Shown: positions 23,482 through 38,240 of the stretch, piece after piece
How the letters are laid out: each line of letters begins with the position of its first letter
How positions within the stretch are numbered: the stretch's first letter is position 1
Assembly (NCBI GenBank): GCA_043228905.1
Contig: JBHGNT010000009.1
Span: 16,058,001-16,122,000 of the forward strand
Reading direction: 5' to 3'
Source: Azolla caroliniana
Taxonomy: Eukaryota > Plantae > Polypodiophyta
Length of the DNA stretch: 64,000 nt
The notes under the pieces: model-generated
What the model saw: the letters and a program-made list of their open reading frames with translations, nothing else
Told to the model about the DNA's origin: nothing
The model's database searches: none
Made by a program: the position numbers and the translations under genes

Positions 23482-24640
23482 ACGCAGTCGAAGTGGTGAG
23501 TCGGTTCATGAACAACCCCGGAAAAGAGCACTGGAATGCGGTAAAATGGATACTCCAGTACTTGAAGGGCACTTTGAGTATGTGCCTTCGATTTGGCCCC
23601 GGTAAACCCCTCATGGAAGGATTTACCAATTCGGATATGTCGGCTGATGTGGGCACCAGCCAGCCAACTTCCGGATATGTCATGACCTATGCAGGGGGAG
23701 CCATTTCGTGGCAGTCAAGGTTGCAGAAGACGGTTGCGTTGTCAACCATGGAGGCGGAGTACATGGCAGTCGTGGAAGCCAACAAGGAAATATTATGGAT
23801 GAAGGAATTCATCGGAGTGCTAGGGATCCGACAAGAGGAATACCGGCTCTACTGCGACAGTCAAAGTGCCATCCACCTTGCAAAGAATGTGGCATACCAT
23901 TCCAGAACGAAGCACATCCAGCGTAGGTACCACTAGATCCAGGAGCGAGTTGAAGATCGAGAGTTCGTGCTGATGAAGATCCACACGGAGGAGAACAGGT
24001 CGGATATGCTAACCAAGGTGCTGACAACCGACAAGTTGGACGCATGCCGAAAGCGGATCGGACTTACAAGACATCCCATACCGGAGTGAAGGGGGAGATT
24101 GTTGGGAAATCAGTCTCTCCGGATGGGATCCGGTGATGAATAAAGAGGACCCGGTGATAACCGAAAGAGATCCGGAAACTGGATCGGTGGACCCAATGAG
24201 AGCCAAAAGAGAAGACAGATTTGTAAATATGTCTTGAATAAGCCCATTGAGGTTGTATTTGTAAATAGCCCTAAGTTCATATAGCTATAAATATGACTTA
24301 GGGCAATCACTTTAAGTGGTGATTGTGTTGTTGTCATATTGCTGCTATTGTTGTACAGAGAGAGAGAGAGAGAGAGAGAGATACAGAGTGATACTCTGTT
24401 GTAACCGCCACTGTGCGAAGAAACAGAGCTCGAGGTCATTTCCTCCGAGTCTTTGATTGTACCTCTTCTCTTCATAGTGATAGTTCGGAGTCTGTAGGCT
24501 CTCATGGTTTTTCCCTATTAGGGTTTTCCACGTAAACATCTTGTGTCATTTTCTTGTGTACTCTCCACTTCCCATTTCTGTGTTTGATTCTTTTGAGAGG
24601 TGATTTACTACTTGGTTGTGGCCGAGTGATATTCCCTGCA
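23482..24640 (+). mobile_element. 3' fragment of a Tork-like copia (same family as copia-1/2): RNase H, PPT, 3' LTR 24100-24640
   Basis: VVSRFMNNPGKEHW...TKHIQRRYH; PPT aagggggagat followed by tgttggg...ctgca; LTR motifs shared with copia-1/2. Confidence 0.9.
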
Positions 24641-26519
24641 TTTCTCTTCAGACCACTGCCTCTTCACCAAAATAGCTCAAGATGGGTCACCCATCTTCCT
24701 CATTATTTACGTGGACAACATGCTACTCTCCGACCGGCATGCCGGAGCCGAACTTGTTTGGCAACTACGGTTGAAGTTTGCCATGAAGGATCTCGGTCCG
24801 GCACGACACATTCTCGAGATGAAGATAAGTCGTAATCTGAATTGTTACCCGTATAGGTGTACAAGAGGGTTAGGTGTAATGTGTAAAGTGTAATATGAAA
24901 TGTGAATGTGTGATTGTTAGGTGGGGTAAGTAGGTGTACCTACGTCCATTCAGCTTTTTGTAATGATTAGATCTTTTACTATATAAATCCTCACTCGTGG
25001 GGCATGAAAAAAGAAAAATTATATTGACATTACCCCCTCAACTGTGTCTCGACTCTTCCTCTCTCTCTCTCTCATTCTTCTCATTCTCTGTGCATCTCTC
25101 TCTCTTCTCTCACATTCGAACCCCCTTGGGAGGGGGATGGAGTTGATCTTGACTCCACCCCCCACCCATAAACAGGAATCGACGACAATTGGTTTTGTCT
25201 CAATTCTACTATATTGGATGTGTCTTAGAATGCTTTAACATGCAATCGGTCAAATCTGCTTCGAGCCCACTCCTCATTCACCTTCGGCTATCTCAACGAG
25301 ACTGCCCGACATCTGGTCCGGAGGGGGAAGATATGAAATCGGTACCGTATGCACTAGCAGTCGGCTCCTTGATGTACGCGATGGTCGCGACACGGCATGA
25401 CATTGCTCATCTCGTCGGAGTCGTCATCAGATTTATGCACAATCCTGGCCCATTGCATTGGAACGTAGTAGGCACAAAAGACTATGGCATCCTATTCAAC
25501 CTGAATGACACTTCAAGCGTAGTCGGATACACCGACTTAGACTTTGCCGGCGGTATGGACAATCAAAAATCGACAACCGGATACTAATTCAAATTCGGCA
25601 ATGGAGCGATTTCGTGGAAATTGAAACTACAAGAGTGCACTACCACATCAACGACCGAAGCTGAATACGTCACCGCATTCGACGTGGCGAAAGAGGCCTT
25701 ATGGCTCGGTCGGCTGGCTTGCACATTTCGACAAGTTGAATCCGGCTTGGCTCCAGTTGTCTACAGCGATAGTCAGGGTGTTGTAGCTCTGTCGAAAAAC
25801 CCGGTTCAGCACAATGCCTTGAACCATATCGACCTAAGGTATCACTTTGTTCAGGATTGCATCATTTTAGGGAAAATCGTCCTCGAGAAGATATCTACAA
25901 CCAATAATATTGCAGATGGGATGACCAAGTGTCTTTCGGCGGATCGATTCCGATCCCTTCGGCACCAGATGGGCATAGATAAGAATCAGTCCGATTGAGT
26001 CGGACATTCAAGACGTTCTCAGACAATCGATATCGACAATTCGAAGCTCAGCTTCGGTTCTTCCGACCCCACTCGACTCGGCCATATGTTCTCAGATTTT
26101 GCCGATTCGAACAAAATTGATATGTTCGATAACTTTGTATAATCTGTAATTCTTATTTATTCTTTTTATAGATTGTTTGGTGTATACTCCCATTACGGGG
26201 GAGTGTCGAATATGGGTCTCTAATGGCTCTATTCACATTGTCCCTTTGGATTGTCTGGGTTTAGGACATCTTTGTAAATATGTCAAAGGGCAATTGCCCT
26301 AGCCCACTTAGTATATAAAAGGCTTTGTAACCTAGCTCATAAGGTTGTTGCCATTGTAAGAGAGTTGTTGCCTACATTGTTGTAACCATTTTTTTGAATA
26401 AGAGAAGTTACATATTGTGTGTCTTTTTGTGCATTGATCTTGCCTTTTCTCGCATACTTGGTGATCTTCATCTCAAGGTGTAGTTGATGTTTCCGCATTG
26501 ACGGTCTCAGTTCCCAACA
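24641..26519 (+). mobile_element. 3' part of an older copia: RT/RNase H remnants, PPT, 3' LTR 26204-26519
   Basis: SDHCLF..YVDNML, VPYALAVGSLMYAMV, HIDLRYHFV; PPT gggggag followed by tgtcg...cccaaca. Confidence 0.85.
24843..25174. mobile_element. Solo LTR inserted in the copia RT
   Basis: TG...CA termini, near-TSD TGAAT/GGAAT; the host RT frame resumes after removal. Confidence 0.75.
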
Positions 26520-27189
26520 TAGGCGATAGTCAAAACAACTCATGAAGAATTAATGGCCAGTTTACAACAAGTAGAGTCGGCTCTAAAGGTAGCGGAGGAA
26601 CGTCTCCAAAAGAGTGAAATGGAGATCCCACATGTACCCTATTATAAAAGTTATAGTGTGTAGTTGACTCTATAACTAATGTGGGGGAGTGACATGGGGA
26701 ACTAATGCTTTGCTCCTTATCATGCAGGAAATCATTGGTATTCCATGTCTCTCTAAATCTTTCAAGTTATTTAACTTGCTAAGATTCAAACCCCGCGTTC
26801 TACTACATAGAGAAGAGACGGTGTCACAAGTGTATAAAATAGCCATAGTTTACTTCATGGCTCTTTGAATTATAGATGTGCACATGGTCTTTCAAGAGCC
26901 CCAAGGTCTGCATATTCAAGAAAGTTGAACACAAGCAGCTTCCTATAAGGACAGCCTAAACCCTGTAAATGTCAATCCTAAGGTATGTGTAGAAGAGCAT
27001 GTGTCTACAAGCCTTCTCCTCTCCCAAGAAGAAATTTGGTTCTAATCTTGTTACCTAGGCTTGAGTGTTGTTAAACACCATCACTTAGTTTTATCCATGT
27101 ATAGCGACAAATCAACCCGTGTGTACAAATACTTTTTAAGGCATTTCTAAGGGCATCAAAGGGCTCTAATCAGAAGTTGTGACGTAGTT

Positions 27190-27420
27190 CCAAAAACTTG
27201 CTTGTCCTGTTGAACGGCAACCATTTTGCTCTCCTATGTAGTTTAGCTAAGTAATGGCCAATCATAATTGTCCTATAATTGCTTGGGTTCATGGCGTCTC
27301 CATTCTTGAGGATTGTAATGGGAGCAATGTGTGTCATGGGCATAGATAAAGTGCTCTCCAACCAATCCATGATGATCTTGGGTTGTCCCAAATTGTAACC
27401 GATCGATGACATTTCTTACA
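27190..27420 (-). mobile_element. LINE reverse transcriptase fragment
   Basis: KNGDAMNPSNYRTIMIGHYLAKL resembles the conserved non-LTR RT N-terminal motif (NYR-x-I...K). Confidence 0.6.
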
Positions 27421-30007
27421 TTTTTTGGAGTCAAAAAGTTGGATTCATGTGGGCATATATGTAGTACATTTGCATATTCAAGTGACACTTGAGTAAGGTT
27501 ATTTGTATGGTAGTTTGTGTTTCATTTAACATTTTCTATGCTCTTTTACTCTCTTGTCCTAGGAACAAGCTATACACACGATTTTCAAATTTAGCTAAAC
27601 ATGGTCTTTTCTTCTTCCTCACAAGGCGTGAAAGGTTGCTCTTGCTTGTTTGTGTAAACCCGGTTATGTGGAGATAGGCATTTGTGGTTGCTCTATGCAG
27701 TGACTTTGACAATCTTTGTGTAACTTCATCTAGGAGTGCGAAAGGATTGAAATTTAGGATGCAATTATATAGTCCACAACTATCACATCAATTGTCTCCT
27801 AAGAAAATTGGTATTTAGCCAACCCACTCCCCTTCTTAGAATATACATCCCTTGCGAATCCAACCTTCACCTCAAAGCATAGATAGGCAAGAACTATTGC
27901 CAAGCCAATAGGTCTACCAGATATAGAGTTCAGCTATAAGAGATGTAGATCCCATCAGGTAATCGACTATGCTTGTACCTCATTTGGGTTCCAACATGTC
28001 AAAGCATCTAATTTGGGCCATTATGAGAATCCATTATATATCACAAATCCATGTGGCTAGAAAGTGTTCGCCTTATTTTGTTACATCACTAATATCTTGA
28101 GCTTGTCACTTTAGACTAACTTCACGTTTTTTCATCCTTGGTTTTTGCATTGAGCTCGAACATATCAAAGCATCTAATTTGGGATATTGTGACAATCCAT
28201 ATGCGCTTCCCTCTTTTCATTCGTATCCACGACATCTACATGCTTTTTGTACACCATAACCACTCCTCCAGAGCCTCTAGTACTTCTCAGTGTTCATGGT
28301 TGGGGATGACATATTGACTCTCAATTATATCCTTGTACATCAGGGAGCTTACTAGCCACACATTGATGGGTCTCTTTATAGACAACAATGTTTGTGTTCT
28401 TGAAGGTATCTTTAAAATTCTCGGCATCTATCCTTGGGCAGAAATTGTAATTCCATCAACCATACATTGTCATGCAAGTCTCTTCTCTGTAATAATGACT
28501 TTACCATCTCTATATGTAACCATTTTCCTTCCTTTCTTACATTGAGCAATCATGGCATGTTTCTTTGCGATGTGCTACTTAAGCTAGAGTGAGATCATCA
28601 TCCAAATATAGTTTGTCACCCTTGATTGCCCTTCTTTTGGCTAGGAAATGTTTTTTCTTCTCCACATCCATGAAGCGGATGATTAAGGCTTTACGGCTTT
28701 AGTTGTAGACTCATCTCTTCCCAACCTCTATGTTGAAGAGAAACTACCATGTTTCGTAGTTAATGTCATGATAAAGTATGATGTTTATGATGCATTGGAC
28801 CATCGGGAGAAATTGACTCTCTAGGTCTTCAATCTTGATGCAATTGGATGAAAAAGAAAAATACGTCCTCCTGCCCTCTACTTTGCAACTAGTTGATTCC
28901 CTAGGTCTTGAATCTTGATGTCATTCTAGAAGTATAAATTACCTACATGATCCACAAATCTATCCCAGATGTGTTGGATAATTGTGACCACCTAATTAGT
29001 TATCCTCATAGCGGTTGTATTTCTCCCTTGGTTGGGAACTATTAATAAGGTTTGAAGTACTTATGACTAACTGCATAGATGGCTTTAACAAGCGGCATTG
29101 GAAGTACTTATTGACAAAGAAAGCCCATGAATCCCAGAAATGTTTGATGAGAAGCTTCAAGTGACAAAACTAGACAAGAAAGGTCATGCTTGATTCCTGT
29201 TAAATCTTGAGAAACTGCTATCGGACACCATGCGAACAATGGGGTCTCAAAGGACAACAGTTAATACAATCCAAAAAGAAGACAAAGTAGCCAACATGAA
29301 CATGGCTATGTTTGGTGGTCTCATTATGACCAAATAGAAAAGAATGTACACAACATGAGCAAGGGCATGTTTGACAATCTTACTACAAACGAAATAGAAA
29401 AGAAAGCAACCATTTAGTGCCAAATATGTGATAACAAAAAAAAAAACACTACATAAGCACTCAAGGATTAAACTGAATCAGAAAAACCACAAATTTGCAA
29501 TAAGGATTTTCAACAAGCCACTGATTCAGGCTATACCTCAAACCCACACATATTTTCTGCCAATGATTTCAATAATCAACATACAATAATAAGATCAATT
29601 TGTTACCACATTTGATCGTTTTCACAATCCAGCTCTGGAATTGTAAAGAAAAATGAAGACAACATGGCACATTGGTGAGCAATGAGAATCTACAATCTGA
29701 GTCTATTTCCTTCAAATAATAAAGAGAATTCTCCCGTCTTACAAGTTTTCCAAGAAGACCACTTGAAGTAGCCTAAAGGAGGACTGAAACACATCTTTTA
29801 TCGACAGAGCTCCCCAAGGGGGCGTTCTGCATAATACATGAGACAAATCCTTCCTCTAAATAGTTAGAAAAGTGGACCATTCTATGAAAAGTACCTCAAG
29901 AAATAAAGCTATTGCGATAGAGCCTTTTACTCGAGCAAAGCTTTTACTTCTTCATCGAAAGATATAATCCTGCATCCATCCGCAAACCTCTTCTGTCTAG
30001 ACCTCTT

Positions 30008-32938
30008 CTACACTCTCTGTCTTACCCGTCTACCATTCTCATCTGATCCATCCAGGCTATTCGCATCAGTTATTGCCTTGCAATCAATGAAAGTTTCCTC
30101 AATTCCTCTGTTCATATCAATACCAGCAACAGCTTTCAGAAGTTCACATTGTAACGAAGGACAGCTTTCCCGTAAGTATTCATACCCATCTGACTGTAGC
30201 ACAGCTGCCATACCAAGAGTTTGTAAATTTTAATATCAAAATTAAAGAGAGATTACAAAAAGGTAACAACGAATCAAGAGTGATAGAATCAGGGTAAGAC
30301 GGTAACAAAGAACAACTGCAGTTACATCAAGTCAACAGGAGAGACTACATCAGGAAAGAATTTATAAGCAATCACATCGAGGTAACAAAGAATAAAGAAG
30401 TGATTAAATCCAGAAGGAGTTTATGAAAGAAGACTACAATCCCAACAAAGTAAAGAACAATTACATCATGATAACAAGAATGAATCTATGATCAATTATG
30501 CATTAGAAACAGTATGAAACACATAACAAAAATGCTGAGAATGGACCTGCAAGATTCGCAGCGATGAATTTTAAGCATACTGCTTTCAATTGTGATGAAT
30601 GATGTTGTTCAGCTAAGGCCAGCGTTGTAGCAACAGTATCCACATTAACCTCTTCACATAACTTTGCCTCACAGAGTATCCTCAAACGGTCTAATCCATA
30701 TCTATCAGCTGCCGCTAACAAATGCTGTGCCATCAATGTGCTCACAGATGGTGATGACAAAACTAATAGCTCAGTCTCCTCTGGGAGAGAATCTCTGTAT
30801 ATGAAGTGCAGCATTACCTGAAACCACCATATTCATCATGTCATCCATTTCTATTTGTTTCTTTAATCATGTTTGCTTATGACTTGAGAGAATTCTACAC
30901 TGTTTCTAAACATAAAAAGGTGAATAATTCAAAGGCCAGATATACCTTAAAAACGGGCGCTTCAATGTCCTCTACATGTATAGGATTGGAATTTCTCTCA
31001 CGCATGGGCCCATACAACTGCGCTTTAAACACAGGTGACCTTGCAGCAAGAACCAACTTGTGAGCGGGAAACAATTCACCATCTACTTCAAATGTAATAT
31101 CACTGTTCAAACCACTATCTAAAAGGCCACCAAAATGAAGACCAAGAGTGGATTCAGGTACTGCAATTGAAAATATCTTTGGTCCTTGTGTAGATGAGAC
31201 CACCACACCAACAGTACAAGCTATTTCAATGGTATCATCTTTGATGTAATCTGATGTCTCAAGCACAGCTCTCCTATAAAACCTCTTGTAGCCCCTGTAA
31301 CATGAGGAGTTGCTGTCGTTAAGACAAATTACTATTTAGAATGGAAAGCTAAGAGATGAGCCAACGAAGGCCATTTCCTTATTCCATACTGCTTCTATGG
31401 TGAAAGAAGCATTATGCGAATGAGCAGAAAATGACAGGAATTGCACAAGCTGATAGACAACCACCACCTAACCTATAGGTGGTTTGTGGGTGAGACATAC
31501 TATATGTATTACTATATTTTGACGAGGGATCCCATTCAGCAATAAGACATTTGATACTTTAATAATTGTTAAAAAAAGTATTATTTACAATATAGAAACA
31601 TATAAAATGACATTTGAAGCATTGATCACTCACTAATGAGACATACTATATGTATTACTATATTTTGACGAGGGATCCCATTCAGCAATAAGACATTTGA
31701 TACTTTAATAATTGTTAAAAAAAGTATTATTTACAATATAGAAACATATAAAATGACATTTGAAGCATTGATCACTCACTAATCGCCATATGAAGAATGC
31801 CCTTGGACTATATTTCTCATGAGGATACTGATTAGCACTAACAGCATTATTATTTACAATATAAACACACTATAGCAATATGTAAATTATATAAGCTAAT
31901 CACAGGATTATTGATGACAAAGGAAGATGTAAAGATAATCAAAGCAACATTGCATTTACAAGTAAACCACTCATATGGATGTGTGGATTATATATAGTTT
32001 TGAACAAAGAGGTTGAGTGCTATCCACAATTCATGGAGATTATCAAGGTATTTTTAAGGACGAATAGATTTATCAATTAGTTCTTAGACCAATATGGACA
32101 TGTCTCTATTTCAATAAATTTTAGTTTGCTGTTATTGCTACACATTACTAATCTTCATTAAATCTTCCGGCACTATATGTCCAAAATATACACCTGATGC
32201 GATTAATATAGCTTTATTAAATATATCAACATGCACTCACGTCACAAACTCAAGAGATGTAATTGAACTATTTGTAATGTCACAAGCATTGTCAAAGCTC
32301 ATCTCATGAATAACATAATAAACATGAGTCTCAAATGTGTATGTTAACTTGGAGATGAAAGTGAATAATTCATAATTCCAAAAGCATTGTTATGAAATTT
32401 TCACCAAAATACCAAAGAAAAATATAGATTTACCATAGAAATTTACAGATATACACATGAATTACATAAAGACGGGGTTATAAGCCAAAAGAATGGATGC
32501 ATACCACATGCTGCCTCGATACTTTAAGGTGTAAGGACCACTTTCCAGTGCCCGATCGAAATGGCTGTGGACTTTGTGTTTGCCTTTTCCACTCTGATCA
32601 AGTAAGGTAAGCTCAAAGAGTGCACGAACATCAGTCCCCTCACTCGCCAATGCAATGAAGACGGAAACATAAACCGAATTATCTTCTACATTCTTTCCAT
32701 CGGGATAGAAGTAAACAGCCCACTGATAGCCCCCAACAGTAAAGGTCTCACTGGCAATATATTTTCCAACACCCATACCTTTAACTAAAGAATAACCTGC
32801 AATTTTGAAGTGGTGTGATCCATTGATGGTTTCAGTTACAGATCTGGAGGAAGATGGAGCATTATGACCACTTCCTCGAGACGAATATGAAGGTTCAGCA
32901 CTTCCTCCAGGCTGCAAAGCCAAAGATACTCGTGCCAT
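30008..32938 (-). CDS. BPM: BTB/POZ and MATH domain protein (BPM family, CUL3 substrate adaptor); 4 coding exons, 416 aa
   Basis: Exons 32505-32938, 30946-31294, 30547-30817 and 30008-30204, all GT-AG and phase-consistent (1251 nt). MATH domain [22 protein letters not shown]; BTB domain [13 protein letters not shown]; C-terminal GRRVRQR. Confidence 0.96.
31491..31782. repeat. 146-bp tandem duplication in a BPM intron
   Basis: tgagacatactatatg...cactcactaa repeated almost identically at 31491 and 31637. Confidence 0.92.
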
Positions 32939-32958
32939 GGAGACTGCGTAGGGAGAAC

Positions 32959-34381
32959 CTGATTAACAAATGACGCTCTTCACAGAAGTTCTAGAAACAC
33001 CATCATTGGACAGAACACGTGCTTGCCAACAACTGTGTTCCCCCCAGGTTAAGAGAAGAACAAGGGAAACCAAATTGTTAGGAAAGTTGTTTTCCTGTAA
33101 ATCAATCAAGTTTATCGAAAGCAGCACAGGTGAACCTAAAATGGAGCAACAGAAAAGGCATAATTAGAAATGGAAGACACGAAGTTTTACCATAGAGGTG
33201 TGATGTAAATGCAAAATTCAAACAAAATTTCTTGAGGCAATGTATACAAAAAGGGAGAATAAAACTACCTGTAGATCAATTAGGAGGCAGAAAATCCTAA
33301 CTAGCAGAAGACGCCCTTTCCTCTGGTTTGCAGGAAGATCCCAGTAGAATGACCTGGGAATCAGGAAACCGTAACTGTCAGAAGTACACATTTTGACTGG
33401 TTTATAGGAAAGAAGAACAAAGAGCATGTGAACCCAATAAATAGACAATAGAAATTTCAACATGGAAATGCACATAAACTGTGAAGTGCAAACGGAAAAC
33501 ATGGGATGAACAACCATAGAAAGGAAAACAACTACATGTACGATGATTGGGGAACCAGGAAAACTAACTGTCAAAACAACCAGTTCCTTTGGTCTGCAGG
33601 AATTTATAGAAATTGAAATGAAAAGCCAGCAATTTCCGCACACAAACACAGATCCAACAAAGAATTCAACCACGAAACATCATTTCTGGAGGCAATGAAC
33701 TGGGAAAGAAGAAATAAATACCCATAGAGCGATTGGGGAACCAGAAACCCTAACCGTTCTGGAGGCAATGAACTGGGAAAGAAGAAATAAATACCCATAG
33801 AGCGATTGGGGAACCAGAAACCCTAACCGTCAGAAGAATCCGTGTCCAGAGGCCTTCTCAAAAGAAGAACAGCGGAAGCTATAATAGAACAGAAATGAGA
33901 AGAATTGAAACTAAACCTGGGAATATGGCACCTTGAAAACACAAAGTAAACTGGAAATTTGGGCAAAAGTACAAAGAAATGAAGGAATTTCCACAGTATC
34001 TCAAAATAAAAACGAGGGCAGAAAGGGCAGAAACTATGAGTTTGCAAGGCGATGAGGGAAAGGAAACGGAGAAGCGATGAATGATATTTACCCTTAGAAA
34101 GATCTGGAACAAGAAAAACCCTAACTATCGTAAATAAGCAGGGGTTTCCATCCATGTCCAAGGAAGTAAGGAGCCTTCTGGAGATTAAGAGAGAAAGGGG
34201 GGCATATCTTAGAGCAATAGAATAGGAAGGAAGAGAATCAAAAAAAAGAGGAAAGCGAGAGAGAATTGGGGCAATGGAAGCAAAAACAAAAAATGGGGGG
34301 GGGGGGGGATACAGGAAATGAAATTTCAAGCAGAGTGCGATGATTTCCAGAAGAAAAGGAGAGGAGGGGGGGGAATAATAC
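32959..34381 (-). other. Predicted ~1.4-kb 5' UTR intron of BPM
   Basis: Donor CAG|GTATT at 34381 and acceptor AATCAG| at 32959, 20 nt before the ATG; T-rich on the sense strand. Confidence 0.6.
33684..33830. repeat. ~73-bp tandem duplication with two telo-boxes (AAACCCTAA)
   Basis: ttctggaggcaatgaactggg...aaaccctaaccgt present twice. Confidence 0.9.
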
Positions 34382-34420
34382 CTGTTGAGAGGAGGATTGT
34401 GAAGCGATCGATTGGCGATG

Positions 34421-34490
34421 GAAGCAGAAGCAGAAGCAGAAGCAGAAGCAGAAGGAATGATATGCAGAGGGCCATGTGTGGTATTTATAA
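34421..34490 (-). promoter_or_regulatory. BPM core promoter: TATA box and (TGCTTC)n pyrimidine patch
   Basis: Sense TATAAATA near 34482-34489, with (GAAGCA)5 on the plus strand just downstream in the sense direction. Confidence 0.6.
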
Positions 34491-36446
34491 GGAAGAGACG
34501 GGGAGGCCTCCTTTTAATAATTATTAATTATTAATTATTAATAAGTAATTATTAATTATTAATTAATAAAGCTTTTTACTTCCTTAACTCGACTTCTTCT
34601 TCTTCTTTCTTCTTCTCCTCTTGAAGGCTCGCTCAGAAGGGTAGGGTAGGGTATAGGGTGGGGGGGGTACATAGAATCCCTCAAACTGAATCGACCAAAA
34701 CATGTCTCTGCCTCTCGCAAAAATGTGTGTACCCATCCGACCCGACCCGACCCAACCCATAGCACAGGCTTGGCCTTATCGACACGAAGGACTCATTTAT
34801 CGTTGCATGAAGGCCGGCTTGCCCATCTAGTGCTCCTAAATTTGAAGCTAGATTCATTTTCTCACCTCATTAGAGAGAGCAATATATGCCCACTCTTCGA
34901 TGCATAATCACCTCTGGAACCTTGGCCATTCCTTATCTTGGGTTCCATGCTTGCAATTGTCTGATGTTTGATGTCCACCTCCACATGCCTCCTCTGGAGT
35001 TCCTAGATACATACATACATAGATACATAGATAGAGACCATGCACCTATTGGCATCATAAATCTTAATGATTCCTTGGTTACGTAGAGCTATGAGTAAAA
35101 GTACATCAATGATGGAAGTACACAAATAACTTGAGTATAAGCTTATTTGTGGATTACTTGAAAACTTGTTACAAGTAACACGATATTGAAGTGTTTTTAA
35201 TCACAAGAGAAAATAAGGAAATCTAAGAGGCTATGTCGACTCCATGTGTGTAAAAATGGGTGCATGACTTAGCCTTGATCGCAGTTATACCTCCTCACTA
35301 TGATCATAACATGAGATCAAATAGTAGTCAACCCTAGTGTAAAGATGAGGATAGAAATGATACTCAAGGACTCCTAATGCCTATTACAACTAAGTTAACT
35401 TTCAAGACAAACTACTCTCACTTAATCAATGACATGATACCTACTAACATAGATGCTTTCTTAATTAAATAAAACCATGAGCAATTTAAAGGCACACTTT
35501 CAAAAATCCATGTTTACATTTAGTCAAGAGTTACAAGCTTCATACGAGTGATTAGTTAGTGCAAGGCTAAGCGTAAAGTGCTTAATACTAATCCACTAGG
35601 GGAGGGGTGTGTGTGTGTGTGTTAGAGCGATGGTCTAACGTAAGCATATGATAAGGATAAAAACATAGATAGATAGAATGGAGAGAGGGAAAGAAGGGTG
35701 CCGATTCACCCGACCACCCCAAGCAAAGGGATCGAGACGGACTTGAGCCTCGATCAGCGTCCCATACCACCGTCATGGCATCGAGTCGTACTTGGTGCTG
35801 GCGTGCTCGATACAAGAGTTGACCCACCATGAAACAGAGTCTCGACGTCGTCAATAGATGATGAAATGAGGGTAGCTAGGCCTCATATTTATAACGAGAC
35901 CCCAAGGCCCCCATGCAAGTTCACACTTGGCCCAATGGGTTGTCTCAATCCCGAGGATTAAAAGTAATCCTCCCCTTCTTTACACTCTCGTTTAACCCCC
36001 CTCACACTTATCCACGTGTATAGAATACTACGGTAAATTCTCACCACCGGATATTATATGGTCATGCCCGTAACATACCCCCCCCCTCTTTAAAACATTG
36101 CACTATTGCAATGGAAAGTTAGGGAAGTTACTTCTAAGAGTATTTTCGTGTTCCCATGTGGCTCTTTGATAGATTTATCTATCCATTTAATTTTATATTC
36201 TCGGATTATTTTAGTACACAGATTTTTTGTTTTAATAACGAGAATATTTTTGGTACATGTGGTTTAGAAGATAATTCTTCAGAAGTAACCAGAGTTTTAG
36301 TTGTAACTGTATTGTCGCTTGAACCTAGAAGTTCTTTTAAATGACTTACATGAAAGACTGGATGAATTTCAACACCATCAGGAAGATCGAGACGATACGC
36401 TAATGAACCAATGCGTTTGAGGACTTGAAAAGGTCCACAAAACCGT

Positions 36447-38240
36447 TGTCATGTTTTTCCGCTTTCGCGTAAGAAATAAGGTGGGACCGCGGGGGCCTTG
36501 AACCGAGGAGCAAGAGAGAGAGAAGGAGGCGGAGCGGGAGAAGAGTGCAAGCGTAGGCCGGTTAGGCCCGTTTGCAGCTGACTGCGCTGGCCGGTTGAAT
36601 GAACCACTATGCGTATCGGAACAAGATGCACATTCATGTAAAAGAGAGACTCATAGAAATGCAGAGAGAGGAAAAACAAGAGATTCGATTCCAATAACAG
36701 TAAAGGTTACACTGTTTGCAAGATTACAGCCAGTTAGCCGGCGACAAACCCAACACACACAATCACGCACCCACGCACCCACGCAGTAGAGCCTTTGTCG
36801 GAAGCACACGGGCTTTCCTCGAAGCAGAGGCCACCAACCTAGAAAACCTACAGAAAACGACGACAAAGGAGGAGAGAGCTTGGTTCCCAGTCCGACAACA
36901 CCTCATCCTCCCTAAAAGGCAATACCTTTTTCAACTGTCTCCCCTTTCCTTTTATAGGCCGTCAAGGAAGGGACCATTACATCCTGGTCACATCACTTTT
37001 ATTCTCTGTCCCTTCGGACAGAGATCCGCTTCGATTTACCAGCCTATTAATATATACTTGCTAGGATATCCACATCACGTTGGCCTATTCCTAGTTATGT
37101 ATAGTGTGTTGGTTTGAGTGCACGTGTAAGTGCCATTTCACACGCCGAATTCCATGATTCCACCTAAGCCCGGTTTCCTCCATGACATCGACCCCCACCA
37201 AACCACGCATCCTCCAACATGTGCCAGAGAGGGACAAGTGCTAGAGAAACCTGGCTCGTATTCACCCGTCGCTCTCCGAAACTTCACCCGTTCCGAACTG
37301 GTTGTCATCGACGTCCTCACTTCCTGGATCCAGCTCGTTGTCATGCCGCTTCTTGAAAGCCTTGATCCTCTTCCCGGTTACCGATACCGCTATCCGCATC
37401 CCGTCGAGCTCCGCAAGGTGGTAATTACCGTTGTCGTTTGCGCTCGTTACGATGTAGAGCCCGAACCACCTCCTCGCAAACTTCTACGTCGCCTTGTGCT
37501 GATTGTTGAGGTTGCTATCGTAAACCAGCACCCAGTCGCCATCCTCGATCTTCTTCGATCATAGCCGGTGTGTTCGGTCGAACCGGCCCTTATTCCTCGC
37601 CCTTGCCGCGTGCAGCTTCGCCTTAGCCCGTTCCACGTCCTCCAGTCTTCGCTCGAGTTGTCGAATCCATGCTGCCAACAGCTCCTCCCAGCTCATCTCG
37701 TCCTTCCAGTCCACCGTGGCCCAAGAAGAAATCGTCCACTCCACCGGCATGATCAACTTCTGCCCGTACATCAGCTCCGCCAGCATGAACCCGGTCACCG
37801 AATTGCGCGTAGTTCGGTCCGCCCATAGTGCGTAAGGTAGGAGCCGCAACCAATTCCCAACTTTACCTTCACACGCGCGTACTAATGCCTTAACGATCGG
37901 CCCGTGCCCACGCTCTACCTTCCCGTTAGCCTCCGGATTGTACGTCGTAGTGAGGGAGAGCTTAACCCCTAATCGGTCAAACAACTCTTAGGCTTCCTGC
38001 GCATCCAACTCTCCCCGGTCGGCTACTATCTTTCCTACGCACCCATATCAGCATACTACCTCTTCGATCAGGAACCGGCACACGGCCGTCGTCGTCTTGT
38101 TCTGTAGGGCGCGACCCTCCACCTGATTTGTCAAGTCCTCTTGCGCAAGCACCAGGTACCGCATCTGCCCTATCCCCATAAGCATCGTCACTAAGTTTAC
38201 CATCCACTTGAAATGAACGGTCGGCGGGTAGGTCGAAAGG
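36447..38240 (-). mobile_element. Nested gypsy 3' fragment: integrase remnant and LTR 36447-37142
   Basis: YNPEANGKVERGH integrase motif; LTR TG...CA with a TATA context similar to the 20450 LTR. Confidence 0.75.

Noticed and set aside
33218-34329. Hydrophobic ORFs upstream of BPM as uORFs or membrane proteins
   Set aside because: They lie in the T-rich predicted 5' UTR intron, and composition explains the Phe/Leu bias.
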